From: a candidate division WOR-3 bacterium
GTDB taxonomy: Bacteria; Hydrothermota; Tepidihabitantia; SM23-42; JAOAFX01
Length of the DNA: 40,459 nucleotides
Direction of reading: 5' to 3'
NCBI GenBank assembly: GCA_039802265.1
Contig: JBDRWI010000014.1
Span: 1 to 40,459 of the forward strand
Shown piece after piece: positions 7,362-17,364 of this stretch (position 1 is its first letter; each line of letters starts with the position of its first letter). Under the pieces are notes generated by a model. It saw only the letters and a list, made by a program, of their open reading frames with translations, made no database searches and had not been told where the DNA came from. The translations under genes were made by a program, and so were the position numbers.

Positions 7362-7615
7362 AAAATGGTTTTTGGTGAATGGGCTTAGATGCTGATATGG
7401 CAATTGGGTATAGTAAAAGTTAAATGTAAACTTTTGGTATCACCTGTTTTGCAATAGAAAAATATGTGCCAGGATTGAATCGTTATAGTTGTTGTAAACA
7501 AGATGTCTGGTATAATACATATTAGGGTATAATAAAACCAATATTTTTTATCATAATCTGTTTAGGACACAATAATTATTAACAAAGGTGAAGGGTGGTA
7601 AGAACAATCGCAAGG

Positions 7616-7643
7616 TTGACAATCTTCCGTTTATGAATATAAT
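7616..7643 (+). promoter_or_regulatory. Sigma70 promoter for the tRNA
   Basis: TTGACA-N16-TATAAT. Confidence 0.8.
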
Positions 7644-7664
7644 TAAAATTAAGTAAATATCAAT

Positions 7665-7738
7665 GGGCCCGTAGCTCAGGTGGTTAGAGCAGCTGACTCA
7701 TAATCAGCGGGTCGTGGGTTCAAGTCCTACCGGGCCCA
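7665..7738 (+). tRNA. tRNA with CAT anticodon, probably tRNA-Ile2 (lysidine); CCA not encoded
   Basis: Cloverleaf GGGCCCG...CGGGCCCA; anticodon arm GCTGA-CTCATAA-TCAGC; GTTCAA T-loop; C4 and C5 in the acceptor stem as in TilS substrates. Confidence 0.92.
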
Positions 7739-7762
7739 GTCTGCTTGAATTTTTAATAGATT

Positions 7763-8173
7763 ATGAACTGGTCTGTTCATCCAGCCCGGGATAATCCGGT
7801 AAAAACAATTCTAAGTTTAATTTTTATTTTTGGATTTCTTTTTTTTGTTCTCATCTTTTATGGTCTGTTATGGGCATTGCTGGGCTTCATTTTTCTCTTT
7901 GCCTCACTTCATTCCTATTTCTTTCCTACTTATTATGCCATCGATGAAGAATCCATTCAGATTAGGAATATCTTTACGACACAAAAGAGGAAGCTCAAGG
8001 AGTTTAAAAAGGTTTACTTGGGTAGAAATGGTGTGCTTTTTAGTCCGTTCAGGCATAAGACATTCTTGAACCAATTTCGGGGTGTCTATCTTTTATTACC
8101 ACCCGAAAAGGAAGAAATAATTTCTTATCTCAATAATCACATTGTTTCCATAATTGAGGGAAGAAGTGAGTGA
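7763..8173 (+). CDS. Hypothetical membrane protein (two TM helices and a small soluble domain)
   Basis: ORF with hydrophobic N-terminus, overlapping the next gene. Confidence 0.7.
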   Translation: MNWSVHPARDNPVKTILSLIFIFGFLFFVLIFYGLLWALLGFIFLFASLHSYFFPTYYAIDEESIQIRNIFTTQKRKLKEFKKVYLGRNGVLFSPFRHKTFLNQFRGVYLLLPPEKEEIISYLNNHIVSIIEGRSE

Positions 8174-9659
8174 TATAGACATACTCGCACAGCGGTATGC
8201 TGCAGATTTTACAATTCCAATAGGACTTGCTCAAATAATTGCCCGCCGTTTTCCGAAATACGATGAGGCACGGGATTTTTTAAGTCCATCGACAAGCAAA
8301 CTTTATCCTCCCAATACAATGCCTGATATAGAAGAGGCATCGAAGGAGATATACAATGCTATCCAGAGAGATTTTCCAATATTGATCTATTGCCACGATG
8401 ACCCTGATGGTTATACATCAGCAACGCTGATTTATAAAACAATTTGTGATTTGAGAAAAGGGGGTAGTCCCGAAATTTTTATCTATCCGATAAATCGTGA
8501 GAAGGATGGATATGTTTTAAATCCCGTGGTACTCGATGAATATATAAAAAAAGGAATCAAGACCATCATTACGGTTGATTTTGGAATAAGCAATCCAGAA
8601 AATTTTCGCATTGCCCGGGATAAAGGGCTTCACCTTGTGGTCTGTGACCATCACGAGACCAATATTACAAAATTTTCATTTCCGGCTGTTGACCCTAAAA
8701 GGGTTGATTCAAAATATCCTTTCCGTGAGCTTGCCGGGGTCGGCGTTGCCTTTAAATTGTCTCAATATTTATTCCAAAAATTTCTTGGATTGAATGCCCA
8801 TGATTACTACAATTTAAAAAAAGAATTTTGGGCGATTACGATGCTTGGAACTATTGCGGACCGGGTTACACCAATTAGTGAAAACAGGATTTTTTGTTAT
8901 GAAGGATTGAAGGCAATTAATAAACTTGACCTGCCATGGGTAAGATATTTCTTAAAAGACGGACCTATAGACTTTCCGAGGGTCATCTCCGAGTTAGTGC
9001 CGATATTCATATCTGCCGCACATTTAGATTCTAAGTTGGGCATTGAATTACTAAATTCTGGAGGCGTTGAATGGGTCTATAAAACCATAAATGAATTAAA
9101 GTTAGTTGAGGAAGAGCGTAAAAAATTAATTGAAAATTTTACCAGTGAGGCAATTAGTATGTCAAAGGTCTTTGAGGGAGTGGTGTTTTCAGTATTTACC
9201 AAAACTACCAATGGACTCAAATTGCACCATTTAGGTGGCATTGCATCCCGATTGAGAGATCACTTCGGTAAAACTGCCGTTGTCCTTTTGTTGCAGAATG
9301 GACGATATTTTGGTGAATTGAGGTCATACAAAATAGACCTTTATGAGTTGCTCAATAGTATGAAGTATCTATTTATTGATTTTGGGGGGCATAAAAGGGC
9401 AGCTGGATTTTCAATGGCGGAGGGGAATCTTGATAAGTTTATTGAAGAGGTGTGCAATTTTATATCAAGATATAGTAGATACGATTCTGAAATTAAAACT
9501 GAACCCGAGGCAACAATTGATAAGACGCAGGTAAGGATTCTTGAACCGCTTATGCCTTTTGGTGACGGGAATCGTGCTCCCATCTTGACTGATGGCGTGG
9601 ATTTATATACAATAGACCATAAGTTTAATATAATTGACTTAGGACTATGGCAAACTTAA
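8166..9659 (+). CDS. recJ: DHH-family phosphoesterase, RecJ-like ssDNA exonuclease (C-terminally short)
   Basis: DDPDG, TVDFG, DHH, GTIAD and GGHKRAAGF motifs; start uncertain (8154 or 8166). Confidence 0.8.
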   Translation: MSDIDILAQRYAADFTIPIGLAQIIARRFPKYDEARDFLSPSTSKLYPPNTMPDIEEASKEIYNAIQRDFPILIYCHDDPDGYTSATLIYKTICDLRKGGSPEIFIYPINREKDGYVLNPVVLDEYIKKGIKTIITVDFGISNPENFRIARDKGLHLVVCDHHETNITKFSFPAVDPKRVDSKYPFRELAGVGVAFKLSQYLFQKFLGLNAHDYYNLKKEFWAITMLGTIADRVTPISENRIFCYEGLKAINKLDLPWVRYFLKDGPIDFPRVISELVPIFISAAHLDSKLGIELLNSGGVEWVYKTINELKLVEEERKKLIENFTSEAISMSKVFEGVVFSVFTKTTNGLKLHHLGGIASRLRDHFGKTAVVLLLQNGRYFGELRSYKIDLYELLNSMKYLFIDFGGHKRAAGFSMAEGNLDKFIEEVCNFISRYSRYDSEIKTEPEATIDKTQVRILEPLMPFGDGNRAPILTDGVDLYTIDHKFNIIDLGLWQT

Positions 9660-10255
9660 ACTTCAATCTAAAGGAATTAAATATCAAGATAGTCTATTAC
9701 GGCACTGGTCTCTGCGGCAAGACAACCAATCTCCGTTCAATATTCGCTGCATTTCCGCAGGATAGGAAGGGCAAGATGATGAGCCTTGCTACAGAGTTGG
9801 ACCAGACTTTATTCTTTGATTTCCTGCCGGTTGATTTTGGTACTGTAAAGGGGTGGAAATTGAGATTTCACCTCTTTACCGTGCCGGGTCAGGTCTATTA
9901 TAATGTCTCAAGAAAACTTGTCCTAAAGGGGGTTGATGGGCTGGTCTTTGTTGTCGATTCACAGCAGGAGCGACTTGAAGAAAATATTGAAAGTTTTAAT
10001 AACCTGATGGACAATTTACGGGATTATGGCTTGAGTATTAAAGATATTCCAATGGTGATTCAATACAATAAGCGGGACTTACCCAATATTATGCCAATAA
10101 GTGACCTCCAGCTATATATTAACAAAGGTGGTTATACCTATTTTGAGGCAGTAGCAATAAGGGGTATTGGTGTATTTGATACCCTCAAGTCAATCTGCCA
10201 TCTGACAATTTTGAATCAGATTGATAAAATACCCAATATTAGTGATGGGAAATAA
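9647..10255 (+). CDS. mglA: MglA-family small GTPase
   Basis: KIVYYGTGLCGKTTNL, TLFFDFLP, TVPGQVYY and NKRD motifs. Confidence 0.88.
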   Translation: MANLNFNLKELNIKIVYYGTGLCGKTTNLRSIFAAFPQDRKGKMMSLATELDQTLFFDFLPVDFGTVKGWKLRFHLFTVPGQVYYNVSRKLVLKGVDGLVFVVDSQQERLEENIESFNNLMDNLRDYGLSIKDIPMVIQYNKRDLPNIMPISDLQLYINKGGYTYFEAVAIRGIGVFDTLKSICHLTILNQIDKIPNISDGK

Positions 10256-10377
10256 ATTCTCATTTTGATAAAATCTATTGTTTATGAAAATTTTCGATTC
10301 CTTATCTTTTTGTGCAATACTCATTTTTGCTATAGAAAGTTTTTCTTCATTTTTCAAGACTTAAGTCTTGCTGGGCG

Positions 10378-10392
10378 GGCACGAGATTTGCT
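10378..10392 (+). promoter_or_regulatory. Sigma54 -24/-12 promoter
   Basis: GGCACGAGATTTGCT fits GG-N10-GC; perfect palindrome CAAGACTTAAGTCTTG at 10355-10370. Confidence 0.7.
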
Positions 10393-10416
10393 ACTTACTT
10401 AAAGAGGAGGTGGCTT

Positions 10417-10962
10417 ATGAAATTTATCGCAGGGGTAATATTGGTCGTATCACTTATGTTTGGAGGCAGGCTGGGGATTGGCATAAGTGGTGGTGGTCAA
10501 TATGAGGTAAATTTTGGCGCATTAAAATATGAAACCTTACCGGCACTCTTTTATGGCGGTGAATTCCATCTCCAGGCTGAGGCACTACCGAGTATGTACC
10601 TTGAGCCCCTTGTTTTGTATCTGAATGATGGTAATAACAAGGTTCCTGCCGGTGGCGTTGGTTTAAGGATAAATGTTGCACCAAGATTGGGTAGATTCTT
10701 CCTTGCGCCATTTTTCGGACTTGAAGGTGACATACTATTTTACAATTCAGGGATTGACCTTAATCAGGCGTTGATGAACAACCAGTTGGCGGTTTATTTC
10801 CGCGAGTCATCACCGAAGACCGCGGGCCTTGGTTTTGGTGGTGTGTCATTATATTTTAGTAAATCCTTATCCCTTGATTGCCAGTATCGCTACTACAGTT
10901 TTGGTAATGGAATAGGTATTAAAATGGCATGGGCTGGGTTCACATACTACATAAACTGGTGA
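10417..10962 (+). CDS. Exported protein, probable small outer-membrane beta-barrel
   Basis: Signal-peptide-like N-terminus, alternating beta-strand pattern, aromatic C-terminus (FTYYINW); RBS GAGGAGG. Confidence 0.6.
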   Translation: MKFIAGVILVVSLMFGGRLGIGISGGGQYEVNFGALKYETLPALFYGGEFHLQAEALPSMYLEPLVLYLNDGNNKVPAGGVGLRINVAPRLGRFFLAPFFGLEGDILFYNSGIDLNQALMNNQLAVYFRESSPKTAGLGFGGVSLYFSKSLSLDCQYRYYSFGNGIGIKMAWAGFTYYINW

Positions 10963-10980
10963 TAAAAAAATTTGAATTTA

Positions 10981-12471
10981 CTATTTCTTCTGGTGGAGCA
11001 AACGGGATAGATAGGTGGGTTGAATCTTCAAGACCCGGCTTGCCCGGGTTTGATTGCCTCCGCACCTTTTTATTACCTCTTTGATATACTTGATTTTGAA
11101 TTCATTCACTGCCTCTTTCAGGCTTTTATCATAAGTAAAAGGTATCTCCGGGGATTCCTCAGGAAGCATGAGCGAATCATCATTTAAGGTTTCGGTCGAG
11201 GTCAGTACTACTGCACGTTCAATAACATTCTGCAGTTCCCGTACATTTCCGGGCCAGGGATAATTCATCAATCTATCAATCGCCCGGTCAGATATTCGCT
11301 TAATATTTTTGTTCATCTGCTTTGCATAATAGGTCAGGAAGTGTTCCGCAAGTATCAGGATATCGTCTTTTCTTTCGCGTAAGGGTGGAATATAGATGGG
11401 AAAGACATTCAAACGGTAGAAGAGGTCTTCTCTGAAGGATTTATTCTTGATCTTCTCTTCAAGATTTTGATTCGTCGCTGCGATGACCCGGACATCTACC
11501 CTTATGGTCTTGGTACTGCCCAGTCTTTCAAATTCCCTTTCCTGAAGAACCCGCAGGAGTTTGCTCTGCGTCTCCAGAGCGAGGTCGCCAATTTCATCAA
11601 GGAAGATTGTTCCCTGATTGGCGAGTTCAAATCTCCCTTTGCGCAGACTAAGTGCACCGGTAAATGCCCCCTTTTCATAACCGAAAAGTTCACTTTCAAG
11701 AAGGGTTGATGGAATTGCAGCACAACTTACTGCAATAAATGGTTTTTCTCTCCGGGGACTCAGGCGATGAATATAACGGGCAATCAGCTCTTTTCCGGTG
11801 CCGTTTTCACCGAGAATTAGAACTGATGTATTGCCAGGTGCAACCTTCTCAGCAAGGTTTAAGACATTCTTAAATTGTTCACTCCGTGATACAATTGCAT
11901 AGCGGGCGTCAATTTCATCCTTTAAAAGGTCTTTATATTCATGAATTCGCTGGTGAAACTGGGCATTTTGAATGACCTGCGCTGACTGATAAGCGATTAG
12001 AACCAGCAGGTCTTTATCCTCCTCGGTCCAGCCCTTTTCGTCTATTTTATTCAGTACTTCAATCACACCGATTGTCTTACCGGAGATAATAAGGGGGGCA
12101 GCAATTATTGAGCGGGTTACAAAGCCGGTTGATTTGTCAATCTTCGGATAGAAATTCTTATCCTGGGTTGTATCATTGACAATCTTTATCTTGCCCTCAC
12201 GAACACAGGCACCGGCGATTCCTTTATCAAGAGGAACTGTGAGATTTTTTAAACGCTGGGATACCTCACCCGTAACGCTGGCAAAGTATAGCTCATTGGT
12301 AGCCTCATCAAGCAATAAAAGGGAACTCGCCTCAGCCTTTAAAAGATTCTTTGCACTTTCAATAATAATATCAAGTATTTTGGAAAGTTCCAATGTAGAA
12401 GAGAGGGAACTGGTCATCTCAAAGAGAATTTCCAGTTGTTCACGCCCAATCTTTCTGATTATACTTTCCAT
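10981..12471 (-). CDS. Sigma54-dependent activator (GAF-AAA+-HTH, NifA/FhlA-like)
   Basis: GAF domain, GENGTGKE, ESELFGYEKGAFTGA, FLDEIGD and a Fis-type HTH. Confidence 0.93.
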   Translation of the reverse strand: MESIIRKIGREQLEILFEMTSSLSSTLELSKILDIIIESAKNLLKAEASSLLLLDEATNELYFASVTGEVSQRLKNLTVPLDKGIAGACVREGKIKIVNDTTQDKNFYPKIDKSTGFVTRSIIAAPLIISGKTIGVIEVLNKIDEKGWTEEDKDLLVLIAYQSAQVIQNAQFHQRIHEYKDLLKDEIDARYAIVSRSEQFKNVLNLAEKVAPGNTSVLILGENGTGKELIARYIHRLSPRREKPFIAVSCAAIPSTLLESELFGYEKGAFTGALSLRKGRFELANQGTIFLDEIGDLALETQSKLLRVLQEREFERLGSTKTIRVDVRVIAATNQNLEEKIKNKSFREDLFYRLNVFPIYIPPLRERKDDILILAEHFLTYYAKQMNKNIKRISDRAIDRLMNYPWPGNVRELQNVIERAVVLTSTETLNDDSLMLPEESPEIPFTYDKSLKEAVNEFKIKYIKEVIKRCGGNQTRASRVLKIQPTYLSRLLHQKK

Positions 12472-12615
12472 AAATTGATTATATCTAAAAATACCTTGCA
12501 GTCAAGGAAGCAGAAAGGCAATTTGAAATTCTTTGAAAATTAAATCTGCCTCCCAACAAGAGCGGGAGAAGCGAAATGCAACTTGACTTGGTTTAGATTT
12601 TGGATAGAATTGGTT

Positions 12616-13608
12616 GTGCTCACCCTCGGTATTGAAACATCCTGCGATGAGACATCAATCGGTGTTGTGAGAGATGGTAAGGTCCTTGCCAATGTAGTAT
12701 CTTCACAGATTACCCATACAAAATTTGGCGGCGTAGTTCCCGAAATTGCTGCGAGAAATCATATTAAAATAATTATGCCCTTAACCAATCTTGCCCTTGA
12801 AATTGCGGGTATTAAATTAAATGATGTTGACTTGATTGCCGCAACAAGGGGACCGGGATTGATTGGTTCACTTCTTGTTGGACTTTCCTATGCCAAGTCC
12901 CTTGCCATAGGCTTGAACAAACCCTTTATCGGCATTAATCATCTTGAGGGACACATCTATGCCTTACAATTGGGTAGATGTATACTTGACTATCCATACC
13001 TTGTGCTAATTGTATCAGGTGGACACACCGAAGTTGTTTTGGTAAAAAAGGAATTTGAATATGAAACCCTTGGGAAAACCCTTGATGATGCCTGCGGTGA
13101 GGCCTTTGATAAAGTTGCAAAGATGCTCGGTTTGCCCTATCCCGGTGGACCCTATATTGAGAAAGTAGCCAGGGACGGAAAATCAGGAGGTGTCAAATTT
13201 CCGGTTCCTAAACCCAGGGGTTTCAATTTTAGTTATGCAGGTTTAAAAACTGCTGTTCTGTACTATATAAAAGAAAATAGAAATTACAATCTGAGTGATG
13301 TTGCCTCCGGTTTTCAGGAGGCCGCATTAGACCATCTTGTTGATGTGACAAAAAGGGTAATAGAGACGTTAAAAAAGAGAATCAAATTTTTAGGGATAGT
13401 AGGCGGTGTCTCCGCCAATAAGCGACTCGCCGAGAAGTTTCGCGAATTAACACAGAAAAGAAAAATTACACTGCTCATACCCGATATACAATTCTGCACT
13501 GATAATGGAACAATGATTGCCCTTGCGGGAGAAAGAAGGTTTAAGAAATTCGGTCCATCTCCCTTATCACTTGAGGCTGTAGCAAGGGAGCCTCTGGATA
13601 GAACATAA
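12616..13608 (+). CDS. tsaD: tRNA threonylcarbamoyltransferase TsaD
   Basis: LGIETSCDET, HLEGH, VSGGHT and CTDNG motifs; likely GTG start at 12616. Confidence 0.95.
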   Translation: MLTLGIETSCDETSIGVVRDGKVLANVVSSQITHTKFGGVVPEIAARNHIKIIMPLTNLALEIAGIKLNDVDLIAATRGPGLIGSLLVGLSYAKSLAIGLNKPFIGINHLEGHIYALQLGRCILDYPYLVLIVSGGHTEVVLVKKEFEYETLGKTLDDACGEAFDKVAKMLGLPYPGGPYIEKVARDGKSGGVKFPVPKPRGFNFSYAGLKTAVLYYIKENRNYNLSDVASGFQEAALDHLVDVTKRVIETLKKRIKFLGIVGGVSANKRLAEKFRELTQKRKITLLIPDIQFCTDNGTMIALAGERRFKKFGPSPLSLEAVAREPLDRT

Positions 13609-13808
13609 TCCCTGTCTTCCCGCAGATAGATCCAAAATTCGAATATCTAAATCTCAACGATCTGAGTAAGATAGTTATTGGGATAGGGTTAAGATGCTGG
13701 TCTTTCTTAGTTAAGTTGTTAAAAGAAGCAGGCGTCCCAATTTTAAACTTTAAACTATTTTTACTTCTTTGTTTAGAATTTTGGGCTCTGGATTGAGAAT
13801 TGGGAAGT

Positions 13809-14408
13809 TTATCTTTTACGGCTTACCTTTTTAGTCTTCTTCTCTTTCTTTTTTCTTTTTTTCTCTTCTTTTTTCTTTCTTTTTTTCTCCTTCTCTACCT
13901 TTTTCTCTTTTACGATTTCTTTCTCTTTCTTAGCCGCTTCTTTTGTAACCTTCTCTTTCTTCACCTTTTCTTTCTTCTCTTTCTTACCTTCCACCTTCGC
14001 AATATATCGGTGCTCAATAAGTTTACGGCGTAAATTCAATGTTTCGGGTTCACTCTTCTCGGTTAGTTCAAGAATCGCCATCTCTGCACCATCGCCAAGC
14101 CTTGGACCAAGGTGATAGATTCGGGTGTATCCACCGATACGATTCGTGAATTTTGGTGCTATTTCATCACAGACAATTTTAACAAGCTTGTGGTCACACA
14201 GATAACGGTAGATATACCTCCTCGCGGATAGGTCACCCCTTTTAGCAATATCAATCAAGCGCTCGGCGAGACGCCGGGCCTCTTTTGCCTTTTGAATGGT
14301 TGTCTTGATTTTCTCAAAGATGAATAGCGCCCGGCACAAATTTCTTAAAAGGGCAACGCGGTGTGCCTTCTTCCTGCCCAGTTTTTTAATCCTTTTACCG
14401 TGTCTCAT
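13809..14408 (-). CDS. rplQ: 50S ribosomal protein L17 with Lys/Glu-rich tail
   Basis: MRHGKRIKKLGR and GGYTRI...GDGAEMA motifs. Confidence 0.95.
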   Translation of the reverse strand: MRHGKRIKKLGRKKAHRVALLRNLCRALFIFEKIKTTIQKAKEARRLAERLIDIAKRGDLSARRYIYRYLCDHKLVKIVCDEIAPKFTNRIGGYTRIYHLGPRLGDGAEMAILELTEKSEPETLNLRRKLIEHRYIAKVEGKKEKKEKVKKEKVTKEAAKKEKEIVKEKKVEKEKKRKKKEEKKRKKKEKKTKKVSRKR

Positions 14409-14416
14409 AAGTGCAG

Positions 14417-15487
14417 TTAAATATCTTCCTTCAGATACTTATCAACTTCCATTTCTAAATGCAAACCCATATTATGCAATATCTTCTCAAGTTCTTTTAG
14501 TGACTTTCTGCCGAAATTTTCATAGGACAAAAGTTCTCTTCCACTTTTGCGCACAAGGTCACCAATCGTCATTATATTCCGGCTCTTGAGACAATTGGAG
14601 GTCCGGACTGAAATCTCAAGTTCATCAATGCTCCTCTTCAATATCTCACGGATCCGGCGGTGCTCGGCATCAAGCTGTTCTTTTGAGGTAAATAATGGCT
14701 CAATCACCAGTTGTAACCCCTTCTTATTGAGTGTATCCCTTAATTCATCTACTGTTTTTCTGACTGAATCTTCAATCATATAGATAGGCCTACCCAGTTC
14801 CGTAAATAATAACAGATGATGTCTCAAAAGGCTTGCTGCCTCTACCACTGCCTCAAGGGGTGTCACTGTCCCGTCGGTCTTTACTTCAAGAACCAGATGG
14901 TCGTAGTCCGTCTTGGTTCCGACGCGCACATTCTGAACATTGAAATTTACTGAAAGCACTGGGGAGAATAGGGCATCCATAAAAATTGTACCGACCGGGG
15001 CATCCCCTTTCTTCAAATTTTCGGCAGTTACATAGCCTCTACCTGCCTCTACCTTCATCTCCATTGTGAGATTAACCTTTGAGTCATTCACGGTCAATAT
15101 TTTCTGGGTAGGGTTGGTAATGACTACCAGAGGATTTTTTTCTATATCACCGGCGAAATATTCTTTCTTTCCCTTTACCTTTAAATTGATATTTACCGGC
15201 GTATCACTAAATAATTTTACCCTTATCTTTTTTAGATTTAAAATTATCTTAACTACATCTTCTTCCACGCCGGGAATCGTTGAAAATTCCTGCGCCACAT
15301 CACTAATTCGGACACTGGTGATCGCTGCTCCTTGAATAGAAGAAAGGAGCATACGGCGCAGGGCATTACCGATAGTTATTCCATATCCCCTTTCCAGAGG
15401 CGAGACAATAAATCTACCAAAGGTGTCATTCGTAACTTCTTTATCTATCTCTATGCCTTTGGGCATTACCATTGGTTTTAAATGCAT
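14417..15487 (-). CDS. rpoA: RNA polymerase alpha subunit
   Basis: PLERGYGITIGNALRR and NFGRKSL motifs. Confidence 0.97.
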   Translation of the reverse strand: MHLKPMVMPKGIEIDKEVTNDTFGRFIVSPLERGYGITIGNALRRMLLSSIQGAAITSVRISDVAQEFSTIPGVEEDVVKIILNLKKIRVKLFSDTPVNINLKVKGKKEYFAGDIEKNPLVVITNPTQKILTVNDSKVNLTMEMKVEAGRGYVTAENLKKGDAPVGTIFMDALFSPVLSVNFNVQNVRVGTKTDYDHLVLEVKTDGTVTPLEAVVEAASLLRHHLLLFTELGRPIYMIEDSVRKTVDELRDTLNKKGLQLVIEPLFTSKEQLDAEHRRIREILKRSIDELEISVRTSNCLKSRNIMTIGDLVRKSGRELLSYENFGRKSLKELEKILHNMGLHLEMEVDKYLKEDI

Positions 15488-15495
15488 AAGACTCC

Positions 15496-16125
15496 TTACT
15501 TGGAATACAATTCAACAATTAAATTTTCCTGAATTGGTATTGTTACATCCTCACGCTTTGGCAGTCTAATTATAGTGCCGCTCATATTCTCTTTGTTAAA
15601 CTTAAGCCAGCCCACAATTTTTTCTGGGTCTCTTTCCTCTAACGCCCTTCTAACCAGTGGATTGTTCCGCATCGATTCACTGAGCGAAACCACTTGATTC
15701 ACCTTTACCTGGTATGATGGTATATCAACTTTCTTTCCATCAACGAGTATGTGGCCATGCCGGATTAGTTGCCGTGCCTGGGTCCTTGATGAGGCCATAC
15801 CCAGTTGATAGACAACATTATCAAGCCTTCTTTCCAGGGCGATCAAGAGATTTTCGCCTGGTGCACCGGCTTTTTTTACTGCCTCGGCGAAGAACTTACG
15901 GAACTGCCTTTCTAATAATCCATAGACAACCTTTACCTTCTGCTTCTCCCTCAGTTGTGAGGCATAGGATGTCAATTTTCTTCTGCCGGATTTTCCGTGC
16001 ATCCCCGGTGGATAACCGCGTCTGCCGAAAGAACATTTATCTGTATAGCAGCGACTTCCTCGCAGAAATAATTTTTCACCCTCCCGACGACAGATCTTAC
16101 ATTTCGGTCCAATATAACGTGCCAC
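15496..16125 (-). CDS. rpsD: 30S ribosomal protein S4
   Basis: GTG start, ARYIGPKCKICRREG and LERRLDNVV. Confidence 0.96.
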   Translation of the reverse strand: MARYIGPKCKICRREGEKLFLRGSRCYTDKCSFGRRGYPPGMHGKSGRRKLTSYASQLREKQKVKVVYGLLERQFRKFFAEAVKKAGAPGENLLIALERRLDNVVYQLGMASSRTQARQLIRHGHILVDGKKVDIPSYQVKVNQVVSLSESMRNNPLVRRALEERDPEKIVGWLKFNKENMSGTIIRLPKREDVTIPIQENLIVELYSK

Positions 16126-16127
16126 TT

Positions 16128-16520
16128 TCAAACCCTCCTTCGCCTTGGTGGGCGACATCCATTGTGTGGCAATGGGGTCACATCCTTTATCGCTGTAATG
16201 ACAAGTCCAACAGTCTGCAATGTCCTTATTGCCGCTTCTCTTCCTGGACCCGGTCCCTTGATTCTTACCTCGATTTTCTTTACACCCCGCGATAGTGCCT
16301 CCTTTCCCACGGCAGTTGCACACTGCTGAGCCGCATAGGCAGTTCCCTTCTTTGTTCCCTTGAAGCCGCATCTTCCAGCAGATGACCAGCACAGTGTATT
16401 TCCTTGATTATCGCAGATTGATATGATGGTATTATTAAATGAAGCAAAGATATTTGCGACACCTGCAATCTCAACCCGTGCGGCCCTTTTTTTCTTTGTT
16501 ACCTTCTGGCGAACGGGCAT
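16128..16520 (-). CDS. rpsK: 30S ribosomal protein S11
   Basis: ASFNNT and [13 protein letters not shown] motifs. Confidence 0.97.
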   Translation of the reverse strand: MPVRQKVTKKKRAARVEIAGVANIFASFNNTIISICDNQGNTLCWSSAGRCGFKGTKKGTAYAAQQCATAVGKEALSRGVKKIEVRIKGPGPGREAAIRTLQTVGLVITAIKDVTPLPHNGCRPPRRRRV

Positions 16521-16564
16521 TAAAACCTCCTTCTACCTTTTTGCCGTTCCTTTAAGGGAGATAA

Positions 16565-16951
16565 TCATTTCTTTTCTCCTACTGCCCCTTTGCTTACCGC
16601 CACAGTTTTCCTCTTTCCCTTTCTTGTTCGGGCATTAGTTCGTGTTCGCTGTCCCCTTACGGGTAGTCCAATCTTATGCCGAATTCCGCGATAACAACCA
16701 ATATCAATCAACCTCTTTATATTCGCCGCAATATCAGCCCGCAGGATACCTTCAACCCGATAATCCGACTCAATAATCTTCCTGATTTTTGTTACCTCCT
16801 CATCGGTAAGGTCCTTTACTTTCTTGGTCGGGTCAACACCACAATTCAATACGATCTTACGGGCGGTAGAAAGCCCGATACCGTATATCGCCGTCAATCC
16901 ATATTCAACTTTCTTATTTAATGGTAAATCAACGCCGGCAATCCTGGGCAT
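16565..16951 (-). CDS. rpsM: 30S ribosomal protein S13
   Basis: RIAGVDLP and [18 protein letters not shown] motifs. Confidence 0.97.
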   Translation of the reverse strand: MPRIAGVDLPLNKKVEYGLTAIYGIGLSTARKIVLNCGVDPTKKVKDLTDEEVTKIRKIIESDYRVEGILRADIAANIKRLIDIGCYRGIRHKIGLPVRGQRTRTNARTRKGKRKTVAVSKGAVGEKK

Positions 16952-16954
16952 ATT

Positions 16955-17068
16955 CTATCCCTGTCGCTGTTTGTGCCGCGGATTCTTACAAATCACCATA
17001 ACTACACCCTTACGCTTTATAATCCGACAGGCAATACAACGCTTTTTAACTGATGACTTAACCTTCAA
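16955..17068 (-). CDS. rpmJ: 50S ribosomal protein L36 (absent from the ORF track)
   Basis: Hand translation from [49 protein letters not shown]. Confidence 0.95.
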   Translation of the reverse strand: MKVKSSVKKRCIACRIIKRKGVVMVICKNPRHKQRQG

Positions 17069-17140
17069 TGTTAACTCCTTCTTTAAGAATTTCAGAAATA
17101 TTTATTATATATATTTTAGTAGAAAAATCAAGATGCATTT

Positions 17141-17359
17141 TTATTTATATCTCCACACAATCCGACCCCGGGAAAGGTCATAAGGAGAGAGTTCAAGCAA
17201 AACCCTATCACCGGGAAGTATCTTGATGTAACTCATTCTCATCTTTCCAGAGACATGGGCCAGAACCTTATGGCCATTGTCCAGTTCTACCCGAAACATC
17301 GCATTGGGCAGGGTTTCAATGATGGTGCCTTCAGTTTGAATTAAATCCTTGCGCGCCAT
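17141..17359 (-). CDS. infA: Translation initiation factor IF-1
   Basis: [14 protein letters not shown] and [10 protein letters not shown] motifs. Confidence 0.97.
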   Translation of the reverse strand: MARKDLIQTEGTIIETLPNAMFRVELDNGHKVLAHVSGKMRMSYIKILPGDRVLLELSPYDLSRGRIVWRYK

Positions 17360-17364
17360 TTTAT

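Noticed and set aside
7455..7472. Minus-strand sigma54-like site TGGCACATATTTTTCT
   Set aside because: Lacks the conserved GC at -12, and no gene follows in that orientation.
7362..7760. tRNA-anchored island or attachment site
   Set aside because: No integrase and no duplicated tRNA 3' end seen in the window.
13800..14033. Phe/Leu-rich 77-aa 'membrane' ORF
   Set aside because: Antisense shadow of the Lys/Glu-rich L17 tail.
16126..16392. Cys-rich N-terminal extension of S4
   Set aside because: It is an alternative frame of rpsK; the S4 match starts at GTG 16125.
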